Source: Candidatus Tagabacteria bacterium (lineage in GTDB: Bacteria; Patescibacteriota; Minisyncoccia; GCA-002779875). Taken from it: 59,611 bases of DNA. The first letter of the stretch is position 1. Every line of letters starts with the position of its first letter. Under the pieces are notes generated by a model. That model was not told where the DNA came from and did no database searches. It saw only the letters and a list, made by a program, of their open reading frames with translations. The stretch lies in the NCBI GenBank assembly GCA_963820595.1, contig CAWGAO010000001.1, forward strand, positions 1 to 59,611, written 5' to 3'. Position numbers and translations under genes: made by a program. Of this stretch, positions 37,196 through 46,811 are shown in pieces.

Positions 37196-38641
37196 TTAAA
37201 GCCATTTTATCAGATGAGCGGGAATATCCGTCAAAAATTGAGACGGCTGATTGATTTGCTTGGCACCGAAAACCGTGCGAAAACGGGCAAAAGAAAGGAA
37301 AACTTTTTCTTGTCCGCGGGTCAGAGCGACATAAAATAGCCGCCGTTCTTCTTCAGTCGGTGCGTACGGGAAAAGTCCTTTTTCCAGCCCAGGGATGAAA
37401 ATATGCTTGAATTCAAGCCCTTTTGCGGCATGAACGGTCATCAAACGAACCGGTTGCCGTTCGCCAAGAAGGGCGTCCTGGTTTGTCGCGGCTTGATAGG
37501 GGAGAGAATATTTCAGGAAAGCTTCTTCAAAAGCAGGGAATTGAAAATTGGCGCGGCATAATACGGCTATCGGAGAAAGCAGAGTTTCTTTTTGGAGCAT
37601 GCTTTTTATTTTTTTCGCGATAAAATCCGCTTCTTCTTTTTCGCTTTCCGCTTCGAATGCTTCCAGTTTGACGCCCGCCTTTTCTTTTGTAAAAAGATTT
37701 TTTTCCCGCCGCAATTTATTTTTTGCAATGACCGCGTTGGCGGCATCAAGGATTTTTTGAGTCGAGCGGTAATTTCTTTCGAGAGTGACAAGCTTCGAAT
37801 CGGGCCAGGTTTTTTCAAAATTCAAAATGTTCGTAAAATCCGCTCCCCGGAAACCGTAAATGCTTTGGTCTTCGTCCCCGACGGCGCAAATATTTTTTTC
37901 CGCTTCACTTAAAAGTTGAACTAATCGATGCTGGGCTCTATCAGTGTCTTGGTATTCGTCAATATGAATATACGGCCATTTTTCCTGGTAAATTCGCAAA
38001 ATTTCGGGGTAGCGTTCAAAAAGCAGAACGGTTTTTTGGATTAAATCGTCAAAATCAAGAGTCCCTTGCGCTTTCAGGCGTCCGTTATAGTTTTCTAAAA
38101 TTGAATTTAAATTTTTCGGGAAAAAATCTGTGTCCTCCGTGGCTTTCTCGAAAGCGGAGTCGCTTGTTTCCGCCGCGTCTTCCCGTTCGGTAAAACGCGA
38201 TTTTTTTTGCGAGATAAGATTTTGGATTGTTGACGGTCGGAATTGCCTCTGGTCCAAACCTAATTCCTCAATGCCGGATTTTACTATCTCAAGACTTTGT
38301 TTCTCGTCTAAAATTGAAAAGCGGGGAGAGATGCCGATATGTTCTCCGTATTTTCTTAAAATATCCGCGGCTATAGAATGAAAAGTTCCTATGGTCGGAT
38401 AATTTCCGATTTCCGAGCCCACTAAATTATTAACGCGCTCTGCCATCTCCTGGCTGGCTTTATTGGTAAAGGTAACGGCCAAAATTTTTTTGGGCGCGAT
38501 GCCTTGGTCAATGAGGTGGGCAATGCGGTAGGTGATGACTTTTGTTTTTCCGGTTCCTGCTCCGGCGACGACTAAAAGAGGGCCTTTTATTGAACGAACC
38601 GCTTCTTTTTGGGCTTTATTTAGCCCTTTTAGTAAATCCAT
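37196..38641 (-). CDS. UvrD/PcrA-family SF1A helicase, compact (481 aa)
   Basis: AGAGTGKT, TFTNKA, DFDDL, DEYQD, VGDEDQSIYGFRGA, LERNYRS, TVHAAKGLEF, RRLFYVALTR. Confidence 0.93.
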   Translation of the reverse strand: MDLLKGLNKAQKEAVRSIKGPLLVVAGAGTGKTKVITYRIAHLIDQGIAPKKILAVTFTNKASQEMAERVNNLVGSEIGNYPTIGTFHSIAADILRKYGEHIGISPRFSILDEKQSLEIVKSGIEELGLDQRQFRPSTIQNLISQKKSRFTEREDAAETSDSAFEKATEDTDFFPKNLNSILENYNGRLKAQGTLDFDDLIQKTVLLFERYPEILRIYQEKWPYIHIDEYQDTDRAQHRLVQLLSEAEKNICAVGDEDQSIYGFRGADFTNILNFEKTWPDSKLVTLERNYRSTQKILDAANAVIAKNKLRREKNLFTKEKAGVKLEAFEAESEKEEADFIAKKIKSMLQKETLLSPIAVLCRANFQFPAFEEAFLKYSLPYQAATNQDALLGERQPVRLMTVHAAKGLEFKHIFIPGLEKGLFPYAPTEEERRLFYVALTRGQEKVFLSFARFRTVFGAKQINQPSQFLTDIPAHLIKWL

Positions 38642-38999
38642 AGGTTCAGATTAGTATAACCTCGTCAAAATCACAAATTTCAAGGCAAATTTCAAATAAA
38701 CCGCCTTGGAATTTCCTTTCAGGCCCAAAGAGAGGTTTGTGGATAAGTTGATTGACTTTTGACTTCTGCCGAGGTAGACTAAAGTTGTATCGGAAATGGC
38801 CGCTTTTTCTGAAAAACGGCTTTAAATATAGAGTTTTGGCCAAGGTTGATTGCCGATACACTAATTTTAGTCTTTAAATAACAGTAACAAAATATAGTTT
38901 AGTACCCGGGAATTCCGGTAGGAAGAGCCGTCGTGCTGATTATATTTTAGGCATATTTTAGACAATCAAACGTCTCCTTCTAGTCCCCGTTATACAGGG

Positions 39000-40067
39000 G
39001 TGAAAAAGGATGCGAAGAATAATCAAATAGCATTTTTAAGGCTTCTTAGATTAAAGAAGTTTTTAGTGTTTTGTTTTATTTTTTCACTTTTCGGTTTTGC
39101 TATATTGAATTCCGCCGAAGCAAGTATTTTTTCTTCCGTTATTAATTGGTTAGGAGGCAATGAAGCAGATACCGGCTTGTTCCAATCCGGAAATTCTCAA
39201 ACTATGCCTGTATTGCAAGCTCCTCTGAATTTCGATTTGCCGACCGCTTTGGGAGGAGCGGATCCTCCTACAATCGTTGATGAAAATTCGCTTTTAGCGG
39301 TGGTAGGACCGGAAGGAAGTATAGCCGATATCGTAGACAAAGTTCCGTCAGACCAAATCAGTATTTACGTAGTCCAAAAGGGAGACAATCTGGCTCAAAT
39401 TGCGGAAATGTTTGGCGTAAGTGTGAATACTATTATTTGGGCAAACAATCTTAATCGTGGCGACATTATCACCGAAGGCCAGACTCTTATTATTTTGCCG
39501 GTTTCGGGCATTCGTTACGAAGTCAAAGAAGGAGACACGATAGCAAGCATCGCCAAGAAATGGAAAGGCGACACGGATGAGATTGTTAAATTTAATGATT
39601 TATCTCCGAACCAGTCTCTTGTTGTGGGCACGACAATTATTATTCCCAGTGGCGAGGCCGCAGCTCCTTCCTCGACTTATACTCCTACTCTTCGTGGAGG
39701 AAGCGGACCTTATTATACTGATTATTATATTCCGCCTCTTGCCGATTACTATAAAACTCAAGGACTTCATGGTTATAATGCCGTGGACTTGGCTAGTAAT
39801 TACGGCTGCGGCGCGCCCGTTCTCGCTTCTCATTCGGGTGAAGTTATTGCAGACCGTACCGGCGGTTGGAACGGTGGTTATGGAAATTTTATAATTATTA
39901 ACCATGACAACGGCACACAAACTTTGTATGCTCATATGATTTCGACTGTTGTCGGCATTGGTTGGAACGTAGCCCGAGGTCAGGTTATTGGTTACGAGGG
40001 TGCTACAGGCAATAGCACCGGATGCCACGTTCACTTTGAAGTCCGCGGCGCAAAAAATCCATTTTAG
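39000..40067 (+). CDS. LysM-domain M23 family peptidase
   Basis: Two LysM repeats (YVVQKGDNL, YEVKEGDTI); HGYNAVD, GGYGN, TLYAH, HVHFEV. Confidence 0.92.
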   Translation: MKKDAKNNQIAFLRLLRLKKFLVFCFIFSLFGFAILNSAEASIFSSVINWLGGNEADTGLFQSGNSQTMPVLQAPLNFDLPTALGGADPPTIVDENSLLAVVGPEGSIADIVDKVPSDQISIYVVQKGDNLAQIAEMFGVSVNTIIWANNLNRGDIITEGQTLIILPVSGIRYEVKEGDTIASIAKKWKGDTDEIVKFNDLSPNQSLVVGTTIIIPSGEAAAPSSTYTPTLRGGSGPYYTDYYIPPLADYYKTQGLHGYNAVDLASNYGCGAPVLASHSGEVIADRTGGWNGGYGNFIIINHDNGTQTLYAHMISTVVGIGWNVARGQVIGYEGATGNSTGCHVHFEVRGAKNPF

Positions 40068-40188
40068 TCATTAGTTTACTAGTTAACTTAACCATTTATG
40101 CGTATCGGCGATTTCCTTAGAGGATATCGCTTTTTTTGAATTGCTCTTATAATAAAAGCATTACAAACTAATTTTTAATAAAAAAACT

Positions 40189-42703
40189 ATGAATAGAAAA
40201 ATAATTTTATTGACAGGCATCTTCCTGGCGTCGGCATTAATACTTTCGGTTTTTTGGTTCGGTGATATGCCGAACAGTTCATACGCGCAAACTCAGCAGG
40301 ATTGCCACACTTTTTCTGCCAATTTGAGAGTGGGAAGCCAAGGTTCAGAAGTTCAATGGCTCCAAAAATTATTGGAAAAAGAAGGATTCGCGATTGATTC
40401 AAATGAAGAGAATAACAGCGACTTTGGCGAATCCACTGCCTCCGTAGTTACCGGTTTTCAAGAGAAATACAGAAGCGAGATTCTGACTCCCAATGGTTTA
40501 AGCTTCGGTACCGGGTTTTTCGGTGCGTCAACAAGGGCGAAATTAAACAAACTTTACGGATGTGCTATTGCCGCTGACTGTCATACTTTTTCCTACAATT
40601 TAGGGGTAGAAAATCAGGGTTCTGAAGTTCAGTGGCTCCAAAAAATATTGGAAAAAGAAGGATTTGCGATTGACTCAGATGAAAAGAATAACTATGACTT
40701 TGGCGAATCAACTGCTTCGGCAGTTTCCGGCTTCCAACAGAAATATCTTGATGAAATTTTAACTCCTTCGGGCCTGAAATACGGCACCGGTTATGTTGGC
40801 AAGGCCACCCGAGCGAAATTAAACAAACTTTACGGATGCGGCGCAACTGCTTCGCCGGTTACCTCTACTCCGGCCTGCAATGTGTTTCTCACTTGTGAAA
40901 TAGGATACACGCCCCAAAACACCGGCGAGAAAGACAACCAGGGTTGTCCGGTGATAAAATGTGTTGTTCCTCCGGCTTCGATTGCCCCTGTCCCCGCCAC
41001 TCCCGTCTCTATTCCTACTGTTTCCGAACAGGTTAAATGTCTTTTTCACGATTCAACGACTAAGCAGGAATGTTATTCTTCAAGTGGTTCCAACTGCGCC
41101 GACATCAGCGCTTGCGTGGTTGACGTGAAAGGCGCAAAAGGTGAGCAGATAACTTGGAAAAGCACTTGTGGCGGCTATGCTTATACCACAATGGACGGAA
41201 ATAACGAATATGCCGAATTCAAATGCGCCGTTTCTGCTCCAGCATCTACCCAAACCACACTAACTACTCCAGTTCCAATCACTCCAGTCCCAACCACTTC
41301 GGTCACCCCAGTCACTTCTTCCCTTATCACAGTCCTTTCGCCGAACGGAGGAGAAATTTGGACAGGAGGTTCAACGCAGATTATCAAATGGAATTACCAA
41401 AACGTTTCTCGCGTCTATATTAAATTACGAAAGGGAAGCGATACTTATCCCGACAAGGAGGGAGTAGTTTCCAATATAATGCCGAATCAAGGTTTTTATA
41501 AATGGACAATTCCCTCCACCTTGCCCAGCGGAAACGATTACGCGATTCGCATTGTTGACGCCGATAATCTAAATACGCTGGATGACAGCGACGCGCCGTT
41601 TTCTATTGTGGCAGCGGGAACTCCAGCTATCCCCTCCTCCATCACCGTCCTTCCATCGACCGGAAATCAACTGACAGCTCTTTCGGCAGAAATTATAGGC
41701 GGTCAGTCAACCTATACTCCCTGGTCAAACGATAAAGTTCAGCGTGAAAGGTGTAGCATCTGACGGTTCTATTGCCGTGCCCACAAAAGGATTTAATGTT
41801 CAGGCTTGGATGCAAAAAACCAATCCGATAGAAACCGTTAAAATCGGCGATATGTATCAATCCTTTAACGCCAGTTATGATTCAAACACCGGACTGTGGA
41901 ATGTAACAATGACAGTGCCCTCTGATGATACCTTGCAAATATATAAAATCGAAGCTGCGCTTTACTGTTCAAATTCTTCTCTAGGGTGTTCTAGGCCCGG
42001 ACAAATAAATAAGTCGTTTACTTTCAGTATTGTGTCGGCCGGCACTAATCAACCAACGGAAAGTACTAATCAGCCGCCGACAATCACTGAAGTCACTGGC
42101 CCAAACACCCTAAGAATGTTTGAAAATGGCACCTGGACAGTTAAAGCCAGCGACCCAGAGCAAGGAGTTTTAACTTATTCCGTTTCCTGGGGAGACAGCC
42201 AGCAGACCGCTAGTGGCTATTATCCAACTACCTATACTCAAACTGCCACCTTCAGTCATATTTACGATTATACCGGTATCTATCAACTAACCTTCACAGT
42301 TACCGACAACAAAGGACTTTCAGCAAAAACCAGTATTAGTGTGAATGTAGGAGAAGTGCCCCCTCCCTCCATCACTATCCTTTCGCCGAATGGAGGGGAG
42401 GTTTTTAAACTCGGCTCTACTTATAATATTATCTGGAAATCGTCCAATGTTACGCGCATAGTATTGGATTTAGTTGATAATACAGGAAAACTTCTTATAA
42501 TGAAGAATTTAGTGAACGTGTCGGGCAACCCCGGTAGCGCATCTTGGACAATTCCGACCTATACTGAACCAGGACAATATTGGATGAGAGTTGGAACTTG
42601 CAGTATTTCCGTAACGAATTGCGCAACCACAGGAGCCGAAGACCCGGTGACAATCTATGATGTTAGCGACGCAGCGTTTTCTATTGTGTCAGTTATTTAT
42701 TGA
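40189..42703 (+). CDS. large surface protein: 2x peptidoglycan-binding repeat, Cys-rich domain, Ser/Thr-rich Ig-like and PKD domains; frameshift near 41745
   Basis: Tandem repeats CHTF..NL..GSEVQWLQK..EKEGF...TRAKLNKLYGC; two ITVLSPNGGE domains; YSVSWGD PKD motif; overlapping ORFs 40189-41763 and 41744-42703. Confidence 0.78.
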
Positions 42704-42811
42704 AAATTCCGAGCTTGAACAAATGGCAAGTGTTTTACAAAACATCAAAGCGGCTATAGAAGGATTGACGCGTTAAAAAAGGTAAAACAGAAGTCTATCT
42801 ATTTTATTAAG

Positions 42812-42856
42812 AAAAGCCGCCCCGCATCCGCCATTTGGCGGAGCGGGGCGGCTTTT
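42812..42856. terminator. GC-rich hairpin/terminator containing a TCCGCC-N4-GGCGGA palindrome
   Basis: AAAAGCCGCCCCGC-ATCCGCCATTTGGCGGA-GCGGGGCGGCTTTT. Confidence 0.7.
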
Positions 42857-42968
42857 CACATCGCGACGTCCGGTGTCGGCGTAACGTAAATAGATTTTAG
42901 GCGGCTCAAAGCCACTGTTTTTATTTAAGGGCCTTGCATTTTCAAACGAGATATGTTAATATAAACAT

Positions 42969-44756
42969 ATGGCAGAGTCTTATGAAATGAACAAAAAAGA
43001 AGCAGTGAAACCGGAGACAGAAGGAGCCGAAAAGTCTCTAATTGAAGCGGCAGCTCCCATAGGAGAACAAGGCAGAAAGCTCAGTCCTAAAACATTAGAG
43101 GAGAATAGAAAATTTCTTCAAGAACTTAGAGAAAAGAAGGCGATTAAAGAGAAAATAGCTGGAGGGAAATTAATTTCTCAACAAGAAGCAGTTTTATTAA
43201 GGGAATCAGAGTTAAAGAGTAAAGAGAAAGCGGAAGAAATAATTGCTACTACACATGGCGAGAGACCTTTAACTCCCGAACAAGAAGCAAATAATGCGGC
43301 GGTGGAGGCAAAGACGCGTGCGCAAGCAATTGCAGAAGGTCTTGATCCAGATGGAACTTATGCTGAAAATCGCGCAAGAATGATAAAGTATCGTGAAAGA
43401 TTTGTAACCGAAGGCCTTGACCCGCACGCTCCTTATAAAGAAAATATTGCAATATTAATGAAGAAAGATCGTGAAAAAGCAGAAAAAAAGCCCGAGGTAG
43501 AATCTAGGAAAGAAGGGGAAGAGGCGGTTGTAGGGAAAGGGGAAGCTAAGGAGGCGCCGGAGAAAAAAGAGACGGCGGAGATTTTTCCCGACGCTGACAA
43601 TCGCAGTTTTTTCGAAAAACTTTCCGACAAAACCAAGGAATTTACAATCGATTTATATAAAGGTGCAAAAGAGAACACTGTTGATAGGGCTCGCATAATG
43701 TTCAACGACAAAAAATTCGGCTCGCACCACGGAAAGGCATCAATGTTGAAATTTAAGCTAGAAGGAAAGCAGAAGGAAATTGAGCGTCTAATAGAGCGGA
43801 AAGAAGGATATGATGTGGATATGGAAAAAATTAAAAAATCTGGCCTACCGTTTGATGTAAAATCATTATCAAAAGCGAACAGTCACAAAGAAGAGTTAGA
43901 AAGAGAAATTGGAAAAGAAGGAGTAAGTGCGGATAAAATCAAGGCGAAATTAGAGTTCCGCAACCAAAAAAAAGGCGTTTACGAAACAAAAAGAAACCGT
44001 ATTTGCGAAAATATTATTGATAGGATGAAAGAAAAGCTCGAGCCTTACGAGAAAAAATTAGGAGATTTAAGAGGACAGAAGGAAAAGTTGACTTCTGAAA
44101 TTGGGGATTTTAAGACCAAACAAAGGGAAAACGCTGGAAAAATTAGAAAGTTGGAACAAGAGATAAAAGAATATTCTTTCAGGGCTGACAGGAAGCGCGG
44201 TCGGGCCGCAATTAAAGAGCTTCAAAGAAAAATAAATAAAAATGAGAAACATATCAATAAAAGAGAAAAAGAGGAAGCAAGGATAGGGCATCAAATTGCA
44301 AAAACTGATTATAAGGCAAGTCCGTGGAGAAATAAAGAAAAAGAGATTTGGTTAATTATGCATCCAAAGATTATGGAAACAGCCGTGTCGGAAAGAGAAA
44401 AAAGCACGACAGAATCCCGGCCAGATGGAGTGGAGGAAGAAGTAGAGAAAGCCGGGGGAGAAGAAAAAAAGAAAGAAGTCGAGAAAGAGCCGGAATTCAC
44501 GATTAGTGACTTTATTGAAGTTTGGAATCGTTATTTTGGAAGCGAGTTATCCTTATCCGTCAAAGGTATGGAAAAGGTTCTCCCCGAAAATTACGATTCG
44601 GCCAAAAAAATGGGTTTGGGAGCTTTTATCGAAGATCTGGATGAATACTATTTTCGTTTGAGCAGGAAAAGAGGCATCAATAAAAAATTTAAAGAGAAAG
44701 ACTTTAAAAAAGACGTGAAGACATTCAGAGATTTTATAAAAGAGAAATCTAATTGA
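42969..44756 (+). CDS. charged coiled-coil protein
   Basis: K/E-rich heptads; C-terminal ~75-aa domain shared with 45129-46538. Confidence 0.8.
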   Translation: MAESYEMNKKEAVKPETEGAEKSLIEAAAPIGEQGRKLSPKTLEENRKFLQELREKKAIKEKIAGGKLISQQEAVLLRESELKSKEKAEEIIATTHGERPLTPEQEANNAAVEAKTRAQAIAEGLDPDGTYAENRARMIKYRERFVTEGLDPHAPYKENIAILMKKDREKAEKKPEVESRKEGEEAVVGKGEAKEAPEKKETAEIFPDADNRSFFEKLSDKTKEFTIDLYKGAKENTVDRARIMFNDKKFGSHHGKASMLKFKLEGKQKEIERLIERKEGYDVDMEKIKKSGLPFDVKSLSKANSHKEELEREIGKEGVSADKIKAKLEFRNQKKGVYETKRNRICENIIDRMKEKLEPYEKKLGDLRGQKEKLTSEIGDFKTKQRENAGKIRKLEQEIKEYSFRADRKRGRAAIKELQRKINKNEKHINKREKEEARIGHQIAKTDYKASPWRNKEKEIWLIMHPKIMETAVSEREKSTTESRPDGVEEEVEKAGGEEKKKEVEKEPEFTISDFIEVWNRYFGSELSLSVKGMEKVLPENYDSAKKMGLGAFIEDLDEYYFRLSRKRGINKKFKEKDFKKDVKTFRDFIKEKSN

Positions 44757-44764
44757 GTTTAAAT

Positions 44765-45007
44765 ATGACGGATCAAGCGCAAGATTTAATTAAGCAGGCA
44801 AAACAGCTGGCCGACGACATCAAAAAATCCGGCGATGAATTTGATAAAAAGACATCAAAGATTATTTCCGATGCCGATAAAATTGCCAAAGAATTGGATG
44901 AAATGGATTTGGACGGGGAGATGAAAAAAATCGAAAAGGAAGGTGTAAAAGAAATGGACAAGGCTGTTTTGGATTTTTTGAGCGAGGAAGGAGAAGAGGA
45001 AGAATAA
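44765..45007 (+). CDS. small acidic helical protein
   Basis: ORF coupled to the previous gene, followed by a terminator. Confidence 0.65.
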   Translation: MTDQAQDLIKQAKQLADDIKKSGDEFDKKTSKIISDADKIAKELDEMDLDGEMKKIEKEGVKEMDKAVLDFLSEEGEEEE

Positions 45008-45032
45008 AGGCGATTTTACTGGGTATTTCCCG

Positions 45033-45060
45033 AAAAGGCGTCAAAAGCTTGACGCCTTTT
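45033..45060. terminator. intrinsic terminator
   Basis: AAAAGGCGTCAA-AAGC-TTGACGCCTTTT. Confidence 0.75.
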
Positions 45061-45128
45061 TGTTTTTATGGTAAAATCATAGCAAATAAAGATTTTTGAA
45101 AAAAAATAACAAGCAAAGGAGAAAAAAG

Positions 45129-46538
45129 ATGTGGAGATATGAACATGGAGAAATTGAGAAAGATGGTAGAATCAGGTTTAATGATGATTTTTTTGATGAC
45201 CTTAAGGATGCATTTAAGGAGGGTTTTGATGACCTTAAGGATGCCCTTAAGGAGGGTGGCGTTGATGAAACAGAAGGAAAGAAGTTTTCCATTAGGACCG
45301 GTTACACAAACGAAGAATTAATGGAGAGCTACCAAAATCTGCCCAAGGACATTCAGGACGCGATTTTGAGCGTTGACACGGCCGATATTATCCGCGAAAT
45401 AGGAGAAAATCATAAATTGATGATTGATAAAATCGGAGAATTGGCCGATGAAACCGGATTGGTAATGCTGGGATTCACTCGAATCGACGAGTACGTTCCT
45501 CGCTTAATTGAACGTCTTAAAGTAGGCGAGAAAATCGCCAAGGAAATCGCCGAAGAAATCAACGGCAGGATATTTTATCCTATTAGGGACAGTTTGCAGA
45601 AAATCCAGAATGGATTATTAAAAGGGGATTCACGCGCATCCATCCGAAGTCCTTCTACTAAAAGCAGTTATCCCAATGTAATCAGGAGCGCCGATGGGAA
45701 ATTACAACCGGCATCCGGTTATCAATGGGTCAATGCAGATGATCCTAAAGATTTCCGAGTTGAGCTGAAACTTGAAGCCAAGGAAGAAAAGCAAAGGAAT
45801 GCCATTGTCAAAATAAACGAAACAATGTCGTCTTACAAGACGGCCTTGGAGCATTTGAAAAGCAGAAAAGAATTTTTGACTAGCCAGATAGGCGAATTGG
45901 AAAAGGCAAAGGTACAATATGTTCAGCAGTACGACCAGCAAAAAATATCTTTAGAAAAAGAGATTACGGATTTGAAGGACTATGTAAGTCATTTAGGCGA
46001 ACTGATTGAAGAGGCTGAAGAAAATTCGACGTTCATCATTATGATTAATGATTTTATAGAAGCCTGGAACGGTTATTTCGGCAGCAAACTATTGCTTTCC
46101 ATTGAACGCATGGAATGGATTTTGTGCAAAAAATATGACCCCGCCGAAGAAATGGACATAGGGTCTTTCATTGAAGATTTGAATGGTTATTACTATTGGG
46201 CCAAGAAAAAAGGTGTCACTCAAGCTAAAAAACTTAAAGAGAAAGACTTTAAAAAATATGTGAAGATGTTCGCGAGCCCAAGAGTTTATGGGATGGAGAT
46301 GTTTAGAGACAGTATAAAAGATTCACGGATAAATGTGTTGATTGAGATAAGAGCTGAATCTGTTAGAGAAAGGAGGAATTTAGAGAGTCCCCTTAAGAAT
46401 CTTCAAAATAGCATAAAAGATTGCGACGAGCGTCTTGCTAAAATTCCTGCGGAAATAGTCGAAATAGATCGGCGTATTCCAGTGCTTAACGATAATATTT
46501 ATAATTTACAAAGCAAGAAAACCATCTTGCAGTTGTAA
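45129..46538 (+). CDS. chimeric coiled-coil hypothetical protein
   Basis: Contains domains shared with 28976-29833 and with 42969-44756. Confidence 0.78.
   Translation: MWRYEHGEIEKDGRIRFNDDFFDDLKDAFKEGFDDLKDALKEGGVDETEGKKFSIRTGYTNEELMESYQNLPKDIQDAILSVDTADIIREIGENHKLMIDKIGELADETGLVMLGFTRIDEYVPRLIERLKVGEKIAKEIAEEINGRIFYPIRDSLQKIQNGLLKGDSRASIRSPSTKSSYPNVIRSADGKLQPASGYQWVNADDPKDFRVELKLEAKEEKQRNAIVKINETMSSYKTALEHLKSRKEFLTSQIGELEKAKVQYVQQYDQQKISLEKEITDLKDYVSHLGELIEEAEENSTFIIMINDFIEAWNGYFGSKLLLSIERMEWILCKKYDPAEEMDIGSFIEDLNGYYYWAKKKGVTQAKKLKEKDFKKYVKMFASPRVYGMEMFRDSIKDSRINVLIEIRAESVRERRNLESPLKNLQNSIKDCDERLAKIPAEIVEIDRRIPVLNDNIYNLQSKKTILQL
45303..45480 (+). repeat. 178-bp inverted duplicate of 29641-29818
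   Basis: Manual alignment shows 6 mismatches in 178 bp. Confidence 0.9.
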
Positions 46539-46557
46539 AGAGTAGATTCTTAATATT

Positions 46558-46586
46558 GAATCGGGCAGAAATGCCCGATTTTTTTG
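46558..46586 (+). terminator. intrinsic terminator
   Basis: AATCGGGCA-GAAA-TGCCCGATT followed by a T-tract. Confidence 0.75.
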
Positions 46587-46599
46587 TTTTTTCAAATTG

Positions 46600-46712
46600 A
46601 CCCCGTTAGAAATTTTCAACATGCTTCTGTATTTTTGCTAGCCAGAGCCGTAAGGCGGATTCGCAGTAGCGCAATTAAGATTATCGGCGTTCAGCTGAAT
46701 TTCTAACGGGGT
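46600..46712. repeat. ACCCCGTTAGAAATT...AATTTCTAACGGGGT element
   Basis: Perfect 15-bp inverted repeat; same subfamily as 10436-10546 with unrelated interior. Confidence 0.85.
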
Positions 46713-46811
46713 TGACGCCTGCTTTTCCGGAGAGTATGTATTAGTATAAGGTATTTGTTCCTTGAGAAATTTTTAATTTATTCTAATTTACCGCGAATTA
46801 CAGGAGGGTTG

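Noticed and set aside
10436-46712. Integron attC array interpretation of the GTTAGAA/TTCTAAC arms
   Set aside because: The order is GTT first and AAC last, opposite to attC. The copies are dispersed rather than tandem, and no integron integrase is in the window.
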